DNA of 64,000 nucleotides from Bigelowiella natans CCMP2755 (lineage: Eukaryota; Protista; Cercozoa). The notes below the pieces were generated by a model, which saw only the letters and a list, made by a program, of their open reading frames with translations, had not been told where the DNA came from and did not search any database. The stretch is from positions 62,001 to 126,000 of the forward strand of contig ADNK01001960.1 of NCBI GenBank assembly GCA_000320545.1. The letters are read 5' to 3'. Positions 13,842-25,290 of the stretch are shown in pieces; the stretch's first letter is position 1, and every line of letters begins with the position of its first letter. Made by a program: the position numbers and the translations under genes.

Positions 13842-13914
13842 AGCCTCAGGTCGGATTCGAACCAACGACCTCTCCCTTACTAAGGGAGCGCAATAACCGC
13901 TATGCTACAGAGGC
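13842..13914 (-). tRNA. trnT-AGT: tRNA-Thr(AGT), identical inverted copy
   Basis: Reverse complement is identical over all 73 nt to 13649-13721. Confidence 0.95.
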
Positions 13915-14237
13915 AAATTTGTGACAATAACACAAATTTTACATCTACTCATTTCTATTTCATGTTTATCCTCAAATATTCGGCTCCAAATTTGCACAAC
14001 TTCCTCCGATTCACTTGAGTTTAGCTGAGGTTGGAAGGGGAGGGGGGGGGGAGAACAGGGAAGAAGAAGCCACCAAAACTTGCGAGGCGCTGTAGATAAT
14101 GATTCCAGCTTTGATACTGGTGGGCATCTGTTCGCGCCCCACCTTCGTCACCGCGTCAAAGCAGTTTCAGGTTTAAAAATGAGCCCTGCAATGATGACTA
14201 CCTATTTGACTGCTTTTATTCATAGGCTACCATCACG

Positions 14238-17200
14238 ATGTCCAGAACTCCAGCATTAAGAATGAGTGCCTTCATGACAAAGCCCCTCTTGAGAAAAACA
14301 GGGAGAAAGTTTCGCCCTTACCAACACCACAAATCGCCTTTTGCGTCTTCTTTTCCCACTCCATCTCAAACCCAAAACACTGGCGGATGTAGTCATTACC
14401 TAAATACGCCTTCAAGATATGGATTTAGGTCCCGCTTCTATTCGTCTCCCCATAATGATAGGGAGGAAGAGGGTAGAAGACACCTACAATTTGTATCTAG
14501 TCTTTCCGAAACCGATCTCCGAGATTGGCTAACAGAGGTTTGTTCGTGCAAAATTTGATCATCTAAATGGGTGCATCGAAGGGCTGATACATGTCTGTGA
14601 AATGATCCATCTCTAAGGCTGGTGAGGTTACAACGCATATATCTGGTCGAGAAAAGTTGGAATACATCGGTAATCCAAGACCCAAAATGTCTTTTTTCTG
14701 AGAGTTCCTAGTCAAGCGTCGATGATTCTAAAACCTGGTCATATACTCAGCTCTTCAAATCTTGAGCGAGAGTTCCAGAGATATTCCAAAGTATGGAAAC
14801 GACAAACCAGAAGAGGACATCATTGATGTCACCGAGAGAACGCTTCATGAGACGCTGTACGGCCTTCCTGAAGGCTGGACACAGTACAGGTAGTGAGAGA
14901 TCCTTATCGCAGAAAAGCCTTTTCTTCATAAGTCCTCCGTTTAGGGATCCGTCTTCTGGGCTTCACTATTACCACAACGCCGGGATCAACATCACTACTT
15001 GGACGAGGCCGACAAAAGACCAGTACATTACATGAATGCATGCAGCAGTATCAGCATCCATTTCATTGATCTGTCGGCATGATACAGTATTACTAATGAA
15101 TAAATGGCAACCCTTGTGTTCCAATGTCGTTATTTTGACTTTCGTAAATGATGCGCGGAGCCGACCGTGACTTGAATGCACAGAATCTACGCCTAATAGT
15201 GTGCTGTACCTATCACAATAGTGAAGTATGGGAATCGGATAACTTGAAGAAGCTGTTGGAATCTGCGGGAAAAGGTGAATAATTAGCATGGATTGTACTT
15301 CGCACTCACACCCGTTATCGCGGTTGGGGAGGTTACTTTCCGCTATAATCCTGCGTGTTCTTCATCCGCCTCTCTCCTTTCTAGGTGTCAGCAGTATAGA
15401 TCCCAAAGTCGCTGTGCGTTTGCTTGACGATGTGGCAGGAGCCGTGGAAGATCTCAAAGTTGTTAGAATCTACATCACCTGAAATCCTGCATCTGAATTC
15501 AGTTCATCATTATCACTATTCATCATTGTAAGAGTCGTCCCGCCATTACATGATGGTCTCTCTCTTCTTTTCCCATGTATTAAGGTTCCGCGAGTACTGA
15601 GTCCTGTCACGGGCGGCGTGGCGTTGGGTTTAGATCTAACATCTGGGTTACTCGAGAAAGGGTACACAAACCAATTTGCACGATTAGACAAAGTTATTTA
15701 CTACAAAGCCGGTTTATTTTGCCCTCGGAAACATCAATAACAACCCCTCCGAAAGGCGAGGGGTCCTCTTTTCACAGCAGCAACACCTATGAGTATAATC
15801 TGACCCCCATTTCTTGGGCCGTATGTTGTTTTGCAGAGTCGATGCGGGTAGTTCTTTCATGCGGCAACTCTCGACGGATGAGTACGGCAACATGCCAGAA
15901 CAAGTCCTCATCAACAAAAGAGCTTCGCACAATCAAGGAAACCCTCAAATATCCTCTGGTACAAAAATACAGCCGGATAGCGTTGCATACAGTGATCCTG
16001 GCAGCAGTAGCAGCAGCAGTAGCAGTAGCAGAAATGATGTCTGTTGTAGTAGTAGTAGCGGCAGCGGTAGCAGTAGCAAAATGACCTATGGTAATATGAA
16101 TCCTCCACCTCGAGAACCAGCTCTGTCCACCAGCAGCTCTGCTTTAGCTGCGCCTGTACTGCCTGCCCCTGCCTCTCCCGGAGAAGAGGGTTTCATCGAG
16201 GGGTTCGTGGGCATTCCAGGGAAAGCTCTAAAGAGGGGAGGCCGCCGCAGACATGAAAAGGTATTTCCAGCAATTACAAAGCGCGTCGCTCGTTTCATTC
16301 TCACTCCATTTCTGACAATCTGGTTGTTTCTCCGTGGTGTTTCGTGTCTTGCTGTTTCGTCTGCCGCTATCGCCATTGGAACCGCCTCTCTCTCTATCTA
16401 ACACCAAGCTTAAGCGGTGGTGGGGAGCAGCACTCGACAGCTTGGATGATGGCCAGTACCGTCAGCAGGAGGGACGCAGTCGTCACTTCGACGGTGATGT
16501 CGTAAGTAGCGACGGAAAGAAGCAGTTCCCTGATCCAAACTCTCAGACGGGGCTTCAGGGTAAGAGTTCTAGTACATATCTGCCGTGAAGTTTTTGTGTC
16601 TAATGAGTGACAAATTCATCTTCGTCATTAGGGTGGGATCTCGTACTTTCAAAGTTGTACCGAATCGGCCAAAATCCCATGGTCACCGCGGCTTGTTACG
16701 TATATAATGGCAATGATATAGTTGTATATTTCTGATCTGTCGAGTGTGTTCGTGCTTCTTACACATTGTCCGCTAACATGGCGCATACAATGTACTGCGC
16801 GAATAGGTTCGTCGTCTGGCAGGAGATTCAAACATCCGACTTTTCGTAGGCGTGCTTTTTATTCTTGCTTTCTCCGCAATGATAAAGGTTGCAAAGAGGG
16901 AAATGCAAAAGAGGCAGAGAGAGAGAGAGAGAAAGGAAGAGAGGAGAGAAAAGGTCACGTTCTCATAGAAATTGTTCTCCTCCTGTTTAATCAGAGCCTT
17001 ACAACTGTCCTTCCTCAAGCTATCCTTGTTACATGTGCTATCATAGCTTACAGAATACTCGGCGGAGGTAACACGACTCAAACAATATGAATGGACAAAT
17101 AAATCATTTGTGTATGTGATGAATGCACATGTGTATTTATATGGGCCTTATTTCACTCAATTTTAACCTTATCGTGATAGGGAACGGTTCTGGAAAAGAT

Positions 17201-17443
17201 CGAACATTTGGATCCGTTTCGTCGTTCTCATCAAGTTGTCAGCTTAACATTTAACATGTTTTCACGAACGATTCCGATGAATTTTTCCTCGTTTCCACAC
17301 AGCTTCAGTTCCAGCTACAGCATTGTTGGCCGGAACATCATCCTCAGCATCTGGTGATAGTAATGCATCTCCTGGTAACGTCACTCGTCAAGATTTAATC
17401 AGGAACAATCCTGATGGTAGTGAGGCTTCAACAGCACAATAAG
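14238..17443 (+). CDS. Hypothetical multi-exon membrane protein with a WW-like motif and an Arg/Ser-rich, organelle-targeting-like N-terminus
   Basis: Exon 1 MSRTPALRMSAFMTKPLLRKTGRKFRPY... (basic, few acidic residues); DPSSGLHYYHNAGINITTWTRP (~14946-15012) fits the second half of a WW domain; hydrophobic exons near 16650-17070; several GT-AG introns incl. 16261-16409 with a CTAAC branch point. 3' end tentative. Confidence 0.5.
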
Positions 17444-18423
17444 TGCTTTGATTTGTATTCGGAACTTGATGGAAAATTTCTGCCTAGCAGGATGTAGCCA
17501 TTATACCATACTAAGAAGGAAAAATCAAGCAACAGCAGACAGATTAGAGACACAATAATACGTTGACTCGCATCGGTATACATAGTCACGGTATTTACAC
17601 GACATCTTCTGTTAGCAGCAAGACGCTGTACTAGCTTATGCGTGGCGGCAGTGAAACATGAATATATGAAGGAGCACATGTGCTCACAAGCCATGTAGGC
17701 TCATGTCATGCATTTGCATGGCACAATCTAGCAATGTTACATATATGTTGCACAACTAACTAGCCACACAGCTAGCACAGCATGTATGTGACCTGCTTGC
17801 TAGACAGACGCGCGCATGCATGTGTGTGTACGTGTGGTCATTATACATCGAGACGGCAATGTTCATGCTATAGAATCTACTAGTCTAGGAATGTGTGCCG
17901 TGCATGCATGCATGCGTGCGTGCGTGCGTGCGTGTGTGTCATATGTACGACAATGCATGATCGAATGATCGATCGTGTCGGACATTGCATTAGCTTTAGA
18001 GCTCGTAGCAGCGGCATGATGAAACACGGACGTGCTAGCAGATGGACGTACATGTCTAGATGCGATGAGCGCATCATCCGTGTGTGTGTGTGCTTTGCAT
18101 CTGAGCTGGATCGCTAGATCGCTGGTGATGGTTGCTAATGGCACGTGCTTATCAATCACAACATGGACATAGTACATACGTTCGCCACGATCAACTACAT
18201 ACGTATGTCACGTATATATATATATATATATATATATATGTAGCCGCATGCATGCACAATTATGCACAAAGTCACAGCTAGACAGTTCGATTAGCCATGG
18301 CTACTCATGTTACAAATATTATCATGCTGGTGCTGATTTCCCTTATATTAAATTCGTTATTTCGTTATGCCTGTATTGTGTTAATATTTTACTCCGCTTT
18401 CTCCGCGCAGTAGTTAAATGCCT

Positions 18424-19830
18424 TCAAACACAGCCAAATCCTTCCATGCGTCCGTCACTACTCCGATCGTCGGCGTGTTCTTGCCTCGGTCTAGTCTCAC
18501 CCTCTACTTCATCATCTTCTTGAACATCGTCTGTCTTCTTCTCCAAAATTACTTGGCCCTTCTCTGGATTAGGAGAAAATCCTTTCGCCGAAAGAAACAA
18601 CCCAAGTAATGTGCCTTTCACTGACAGCTTATATCCTTTCAGTTAAAAATATTAATCATCAATGTCTTTCCTTCGATTTTAATACACATTCTTTTTATGT
18701 CAGCAAGAAAGAAGAATCCTTCTCTTACCGAAAGCCTCCACATTGAGTGCCATTGGCTTGGTTACGGACATGAAGTCCAATGCACCGACCCCGAGTCCGA
18801 ATATAAGGCAGTTTCTTGTTGAAGACATTGGCGCTAAGCCACTCATAGCTTCGCAAACACGTTCCTCGGGCAGGTCCAACAACCCTGATACCTTTCTCAT
18901 CACCATGGAATGGGAGTAGCTGTCAGCAGCCATCGTTCGGATACAGATTCCACACTCGCGTTAATACGCTGGGGTTTTGTGTGTCAAATGGAGCATAAAT
19001 GTTTGTCGCAGGAACCCAACCTCATCTAATATTGTATTTATAGCCAACTGCTTCGTTTTCTCTTTTTTGGAATGAAGCCTGTTGGCAGCTCTTCGATACC
19101 CTTTTGAAAGAACAGTAGGTTAGTTCTCCGATGAATTTATGTCCAATTTGAAATGCTTCTACAATTGCTGGTGTCACGATAGTGCCTTCTGAACGGTCTT
19201 CTTTTCTTGGTTTTTTGGGCAGTCACAGCCAGCATGGTACCACTTCTCATCGCGATCGGCCCCTTTTCTCACCAATCTCTGTCAATCTCTGCGCCTTCTT
19301 CCATGACGCAGTCATGCTGCACATTCCATTCACAACAGCTATATGTAACGAATGAAATTACTCTCGAATTCTCATCAGAGAGCGGTTTTTCCTGCCAAAA
19401 TCCCATTGTTTCTGCCTATTTAGAGATTTTAACGGAATACATTAAATATCGAATGTCTCATGTGATAAATGTCTTAGATATATGGTAGCTCCTTGATGTG
19501 GACGGGCCTTTGCAAAACATAAAATAGCGCTGCAAACTTGCTGATGGCGCAGTTAAAAGATAATAATGTCCGTCTTCCATATGCGACTGTAAAATCATTA
19601 TGTCTTTAAGGGAAATCTGAACTGTAACAGCGTGAGCCTTCGGTGAACACAGTTGGCACTGGAAAAGCTTCTGTTATTTCTTAAGACAAGCTTTATAGTA
19701 GTGTTTATGATCAAATTGCTATTTAATTTCATGTACGAACATATTCCTAACCGCAGTATATGTCTTACTTATCCTCGGTGGCATCGGATGAGAGTTCCAG
19801 CACAGTGTGTTTCACAGAATCAAGACAAAT
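18424..19830 (-). CDS. Hypothetical multi-exon gene, possibly a SAM-dependent methyltransferase
   Basis: Segment NCLIFGLGVGALDF (~18770-18815) resembles a Gly-rich SAM-binding loop; other GT/AG-bounded open segments nearby. Splice path not resolved. Confidence 0.3.
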
Positions 19831-20062
19831 AGCAGAATAGGTTATAATTTAAATTTTGCGACATCGATTTGTAGCTATTATGGGGCAAAATATCCTCCAT
19901 TTATCTGTACATTATTCTTTGTCGCTGACAGTTTCTGCTGAAGTAATACTGATCTCACAATTCCTTTTGCACCCACCCCCCTCCTCCACCACGCACGAGT
20001 TCATTCCAGAACTCCATCCACAACCAAAGTCGATTCCACATCCAAATAATAGAGTGGCTAGG

Positions 20063-20185
20063 ATGTTATCAGGGTTGTGTCTGTCGGTACTTCTCTCTTT
20101 GTGCGATGCATCTGTTTCCCAACGAGGGGCAACTCTGCGTCGAACCAGCTTCCTCCCACGCCCCTACATCTCTCGCCTTTCCAAC
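20063..20185 (+). CDS. First exon of a gene with a bipartite (signal + transit-like) leader; downstream exons unresolved
   Basis: MLSGLCLSVLLSLCDA-SVSQRGATLRRTSFLPRPYISRLSN followed by a GTAAGA donor at 20186. Confidence 0.4.
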
Positions 20186-20893
20186 GTAAGAAGAGAATAT
20201 TTTCACTCTAGTTCGAACAATCATATTAAAATCTCGGTAAATAAAAATTACTTTCGTTTGATTCAATGTGAAGAAGGAGTTGGGGGGGGGTATGTGGTGT
20301 TCGAATTCTGGACGGACATTATGCATCCTATGTTCTGTTAGGGATACATAAGTATAGTCGAGTGGAATGAAGTCATTATTTATGGCTCTGAGGTTAAATA
20401 TGTGTTCTTCCTTTTAATCAGCTGGCCTCTCATCGTTGCCAATCCTCCAAGGAAGCAGTCAGCCGCCGGGGAGACACATACGATAGATTGGTAGGAACAA
20501 TTACGTGCCAATGTTGAATTTGGAGAGAAGCAGGGAAGAGCATAGAGTAGGGTATTCATTGAAGTATTCAATGCCGTTAGAAACGTAGATGCGATAAATT
20601 TAAATGTCACTGCCTTGGTTAATTCTCTGTGTATCACGCAAGATCTTAGAAACTTAGATTCTCATGTGGTTGAAAGAAAAGTGACATTCGTTTTTGGAAT
20701 AATATTAGTCTGATCTATTCGGTAAGTTCGATTCTGATTCTGCTACAACAACACTGGAACCAATATCAAGGTAGAAGTAGAAGTATCTTCCACCAGCATG
20801 AAGTGGCAGTAATACATCATAATAAAGGGGAAAAGTGGATTGCGCTCTCGTGAAAGACTCAATTTTAACACTGCTCTATGTCATACATATACC

Positions 20894-20938
<45 letters not shown>

Positions 20939-20964
20939 ATACACATACACACATACACATGCAG

Positions 20965-20996
<32 letters not shown>

Positions 20997-21007
20997 TTTA
21001 TATATAT

Positions 21008-21046
<39 letters not shown>

Positions 21047-21083
21047 TGTAAAAAAAAATTTATGTGTGTAGATAAATTTACAT

Positions 21084-21128
<45 letters not shown>

Positions 21129-21441
21129 CAGCCCTTTCGAAAATGGCGAAGAGACCAACAATATTGATATGGCGACTTTGGACTTGCTTGGGGTACAAAA
21201 CACTGAAATACCATTAGATCTCACATACAATCGATGTTGGCCAAATAGCCAACATGATAAAACTGACTGAAAGAAAAGGCTGGGGGAATCTTCGTGTATA
21301 TTATCTGTAATAGAAGAGATTATAGAGTGATGATGATGATGATATTTGTAGTGTTAGCATTTGTAGTGGTAGTACTAAACCAAGGATATTCGCATGCACA
21401 GCAGCTATTTGATTATCTCTTTCCGGAATTACTTTTGAAAG

Positions 21442-23724
21442 GCTGAAAATGATGCTCCTCGTTCCCAGTTGAAGCGGCAGAGTAGAAAGGAAGAGAGGCG
21501 GTACGATACTGACGGTGTTGCCTATTCGAAACAAGACTTTGTCGAATACTATGGCGGGACAAGGGAATGGAATATGGCAGAGATTGCTACTTCGAGCTCC
21601 TCCCCCTCGTCCCCCGTTCTGACGATAGAAGGTTCCGCAGGACAGGGTGATGCTGGTGCTGGTGAGATGACCCCTGAGAAGGAGGCTGGCGAGCTCAGCG
21701 CTTTCCGTCTCTCACCTGCGACCATACAGATGCTCAATGACCGCGGCGTGGAGAGCCTATTCCCGATTCAGAGAAATACATTCGACCACATCTTCGATGG
21801 CAGTGACCTCATTGCTCGTGCGCGTACAGGGACAGGGAAGACCCTGGCTTTTTCGCTCCCAGTCGTGGAGAAGCTTAAGAATGCGATGCCTCCTGGTACA
21901 GGAGGGCGGGGCGGAATCCGGGGCCGCGCGCCCAAGGTGCTGGTACTCGCACCTACTCGTGAGCTCGCAAAGCAGGTGGCTACAGACTTCGAAAGCATCG
22001 GTGGAAATAGCATCCGCACTACTACGTTGTACGGAGGAGCTCCGTTTGGCCCGCAAGCTGGCGATCTGAGGAGGGGCACCGATGTCGTGGTGGGCACCGC
22101 AGGACGTGTGATGGACCACATGGAGAATGGGTCACTCGACCTCAAGGACATCGAATATATCATCCTCGACGAGGCGGACCGCATGTTGGACATCGGCTTC
22201 GCGGACGACATCGAGCGTATCCTACAGGAAATCGGTCGCCAAAACGACGGGTCGCACGTGCAGACGCTGCTCTTCTCAGCCACCGTTCCCAAGTGGATTA
22301 AGTCGGTCGCACGAAAGTACATGCAGCCCGATTACAACTTTGTGGACCTCATCGGAGATGACGACCGACAGACTGCTGAGGGCATCACGCACCTTGCGCT
22401 CAAGGTGGATCGCAACCAGCTTGCGAGCACTCTCGGCGACGTGGTACAGGTGTACGCTGGGCGACATGGCCGCACCATCATCTTCACCCAAACCAAAGCG
22501 CAGGCGAATGAACTTGCACTTGGCAACTCGATCAAGCAAGAGTGCCTCGCTCTCCATGGAGATATTGCACAGGAGCAGCGAGAAAAAACGTTAGCGGCGT
22601 TCCGCGACGGTAACTTCAGGTGCCTCATCGCAACAGACGTGGCGGCTCGCGGTCTGGATATTCCAGCAGTCGATGTCGTTATTCAGGTGGAGCCTCCCAA
22701 ACACCATGACGACTTCATCCATCGATCGGGGAGAACGGCGCGCGCTGGCAAAACGGGTACAAATATCGTGTTATACCCACCGCGCGACGAGCGGAACATC
22801 CGCCAGCTGGAAAAGAGGGCCGGGATTGAATTCAAACGGGTAGGAGCTCCGCAGCCAAAGGATATCATCCGCGCCTGCGCCGACGACGCTTGTCACTCGC
22901 TTTCTCTTGTCTCCGATGAGGCAAAAGAGCACTTCCGTGACAGCGCACGCCGATTGCTGGAAGAGTACGCCCCGGAGGAGGCTCTTGCTGCTGCTCTAGC
23001 ACAGATCTCAGGGCACACAGACATCAAGCAGCGCTCACTGCTGTCCTCACAGCCTGGCTTCACAACTTGGGCAATCAAACTAGATCGGCCGTGCGCTGGT
23101 AAGGCGGTTGTCCGGCGTTTGCTTGCGTCTGGGCTCGACCCCAACGTCGTCGGCGCTATGCGTGGACTGACGATGTTTGAGGACATGACCGGAGCGGCCT
23201 TCGACATGCCGGTCGAGTTCAACGATGCGGTGGAGAATGACTGGACCGGCATCAAAGGCGACATGGAACGCCTGGACGAGCTACCGCCGCTCAAAATGGA
23301 CATGAACAACAGGAACAACTACGACAACAACCGAGGAGGAGGAGGACGTAATGGATATGGTCGTAACCGCAACGGTGGGGGTGGTGGTGGGTATGGTGGG
23401 TATGGGGGAGGAGGAGGCTCCTCTTCGTCGTACGGACGAAGTAGCAATAGGCATGCATCCGGCCCAGTCTTTCCAGGGGGGCCAGAGTTTGGCACCACCT
23501 ATGAAGGAAGGGTCACTGGCGTCATGCCGTTTGGCGCATTCGTCGACTACGGCTTCGGCAAGGACGGTCTCGTCGCGACGAGAAATATCGGAAACTTCTG
23601 GGTCGATAATCCGCAGGATGTCCTGCAGTCGGGCATGCAGGTCAAGGTCCTCGTGCAAGGCGCGGAAAATGGGAAGGTGCGGCTGTCGATGAAAGGCCTC
23701 AACCCGCATATCACACCGCCATGA
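21442..23724 (+). CDS. DEAD-box RNA helicase of the DDX21/RH3 (GUCT) type with RGG-rich linker and C-terminal S1 domain; single long exon, 5' end missing
   Basis: Motifs ARTGTGKT, PTRELA, GG, GTAGR, DEAD, SAT, IIFTQTK, TDVAARGLD, HRSGRTARAG; post-helicase region ...AAALAQISGHTDIKQRSLL..GFTT fits GUCT; terminal GTTYEGRVTGVMPFGAFVDYGFGKDGLV...GMQVKVLV...KVRLSMK is S1-like. No ATG at the ORF start; candidate acceptors at 21441 and 21468. Confidence 0.92.
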   Translation, partial: AENDAPRSQLKRQSRKEERRYDTDGVAYSKQDFVEYYGGTREWNMAEIATSSSSPSSPVLTIEGSAGQGDAGAGEMTPEKEAGELSAFRLSPATIQMLNDRGVESLFPIQRNTFDHIFDGSDLIARARTGTGKTLAFSLPVVEKLKNAMPPGTGGRGGIRGRAPKVLVLAPTRELAKQVATDFESIGGNSIRTTTLYGGAPFGPQAGDLRRGTDVVVGTAGRVMDHMENGSLDLKDIEYIILDEADRMLDIGFADDIERILQEIGRQNDGSHVQTLLFSATVPKWIKSVARKYMQPDYNFVDLIGDDDRQTAEGITHLALKVDRNQLASTLGDVVQVYAGRHGRTIIFTQTKAQANELALGNSIKQECLALHGDIAQEQREKTLAAFRDGNFRCLIATDVAARGLDIPAVDVVIQVEPPKHHDDFIHRSGRTARAGKTGTNIVLYPPRDERNIRQLEKRAGIEFKRVGAPQPKDIIRACADDACHSLSLVSDEAKEHFRDSARRLLEEYAPEEALAAALAQISGHTDIKQRSLLSSQPGFTTWAIKLDRPCAGKAVVRRLLASGLDPNVVGAMRGLTMFEDMTGAAFDMPVEFNDAVENDWTGIKGDMERLDELPPLKMDMNNRNNYDNNRGGGGRNGYGRNRNGGGGGGYGGYGGGGGSSSSYGRSSNRHASGPVFPGGPEFGTTYEGRVTGVMPFGAFVDYGFGKDGLVATRNIGNFWVDNPQDVLQSGMQVKVLVQGAENGKVRLSMKGLNPHITPP

Positions 23725-24745
23725 TAGACGGCAGATGGCGTGCAAAATGGACATGGTGTATAGAAAGAAAGAACGAGCAGGAATAGCAGCAGGAATAGCA
23801 GCAGTAATAATCGCAGTTGGCGTCCACAGTAGAAGTCCCCTCCTCAACCCAATCCAGCGACAGGCAGACACATACGACGACAAGAAAAACATCGCGTCGT
23901 CTGTCAATCCCTCTCCCAAATATTAAATCATGATCATGATCAGACCGAACAAAAAGGAAAAACAAACCGTGCCACTTCCGAAAACTAAACAGCAGCATTT
24001 TATTTACCAAAAATTGTAATGTTGGTAGTAGTAGTAGTAGTAGTAGTAAGAGTAGTAATAGTTGTATTTGTAATAGTAGTAGAGTATTAGTAGCTGGTGT
24101 TATAGCAATAGTAGTAGTAGAGTAGCGTAGTAGTAGGCAGGTGGAGTACGATGCCCTTTGTAGCAATCAAGCAATATTTTAGAAGCATTTGAATTCGTTA
24201 TTATTCGAATAAATGCTGCGAGTGGAACGAGCAAGCCGCACTGTCGATTTCGTTCAACATACCAAACAACTTCCCACAAACCTTAATGCTAGTAAAGCTC
24301 CTCCACATCATACCAAATATACGATGATTCAAGTCAGAAACGTTCTTATCTTCTTTAGTGCACGTGTATTTTTTCCTTCAACTTATTCTCAACCTGGCTT
24401 TGTCGCCCGATACGATTACACCAATAACGCGAAAGTTGCAAATTATCTGACATATAGTATCTCGTGTGCACATCCGACGCAGACAGCTACGGTTGTCTAT
24501 TTAAGTTAAGCGTTCAAAATATCTATGGACTGCTTTCGCAGTTGTTTGATCCTGTGGTTCACACTTTGCGAACTAGAAGAAACGATATTTGCGCAAGGCG
24601 GTGTGCGCAGCATTTGTGATATCATTGCAACATCGTATCCAGGTCTACATCACCATGCATAGATCGATAGGCTGGCAGGACGCAAATGACCGCGCGCGTA
24701 CGTAGGTGCGCAACCACACGTAGCATGCTAGCACTAACTACACAT

Positions 24746-25051
24746 GAGACGGATGTAATGAAATGTTTAAATTTTTTCAATGATTGTCATCCTAATGTAG
24801 CTATGTACAATGCAGCGGCTAAAGCGCTTAAGTTGTGTCTGTTTGTTTCTTTTGTCACATGTCACATGTTATTGCATGCTTGAAAATCCATTGCAATTTG
24901 CTAGTTTGGTCTGTCATGTCGTGCTTTACACGCAGCAGCGCGCGAGCTCTTTTTCCTGCATTTGAGAGGCGTTTTGTTTCGTCTTTGCGGTCCGCATGAT
25001 GATATCTAGATGTGGCCGTCAGTTGTTTGTTGACATATATGAACAATATAC

Positions 25052-25093
<42 letters not shown>

Positions 25094-25268
25094 GCAGAAC
25101 TGCTGCGCGCAGTGCGCGGCAACATCGGTCGCATGAGGACGCTTTCAAATGCATGAAACACATTGTGGCAGAAACCAACAGATGCAACATTAGCGCTGTA
25201 GCCGCTGCATTGCACAGCTACATCAGGATGACCATTGAAAAAATTTAATTCTTCATTACATCCGTCTC
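24746..25268. mobile_element. Non-autonomous DNA transposon (MITE), 523 bp, long imperfect TIRs, 4-bp target duplication ACAT
   Basis: Starts GAGACGGATGTAATGAA, ends TTCATTACATCCGTCTC; inverted similarity continues about 110 bp; ACAT at 24742-24745 and 25269-25272; no coding capacity. Confidence 0.8.
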
Positions 25269-25290
25269 ACATATATACATATGTGTACGT

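Noticed and set aside
16381-16410. Apparent frameshift in a (CT)n tract of ORF 15814-16401 (one extra CT would restore the frame), suggesting phase variation
   Set aside because: Better explained by an intron 16261-16409 (GTATTT donor, pyrimidine tract, CTAAC branch point, AAG acceptor) that joins HEK to LKRWWG in phase.
21329-21446. Signal-peptide-like MMMMIFVVLAFVVVVLNQGYSHA just upstream of the helicase
   Set aside because: Out of frame with the helicase, stops at 21446, and is built from (TGA)n/(GTA)n-type repeats typical of introns here.
23735-23926. Small ORF with a hydrophobic stretch directly after the helicase stop, and antisense ORF 23281-23919
   Set aside because: No homology or splice support; likely 3' UTR with a short AGCAGGAAT repeat.
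24200-24600. 98-aa ORF and broken antisense frames next to the MITE
   Set aside because: No recognisable motif; multiple stops; insufficient evidence for a gene or pseudogene call.
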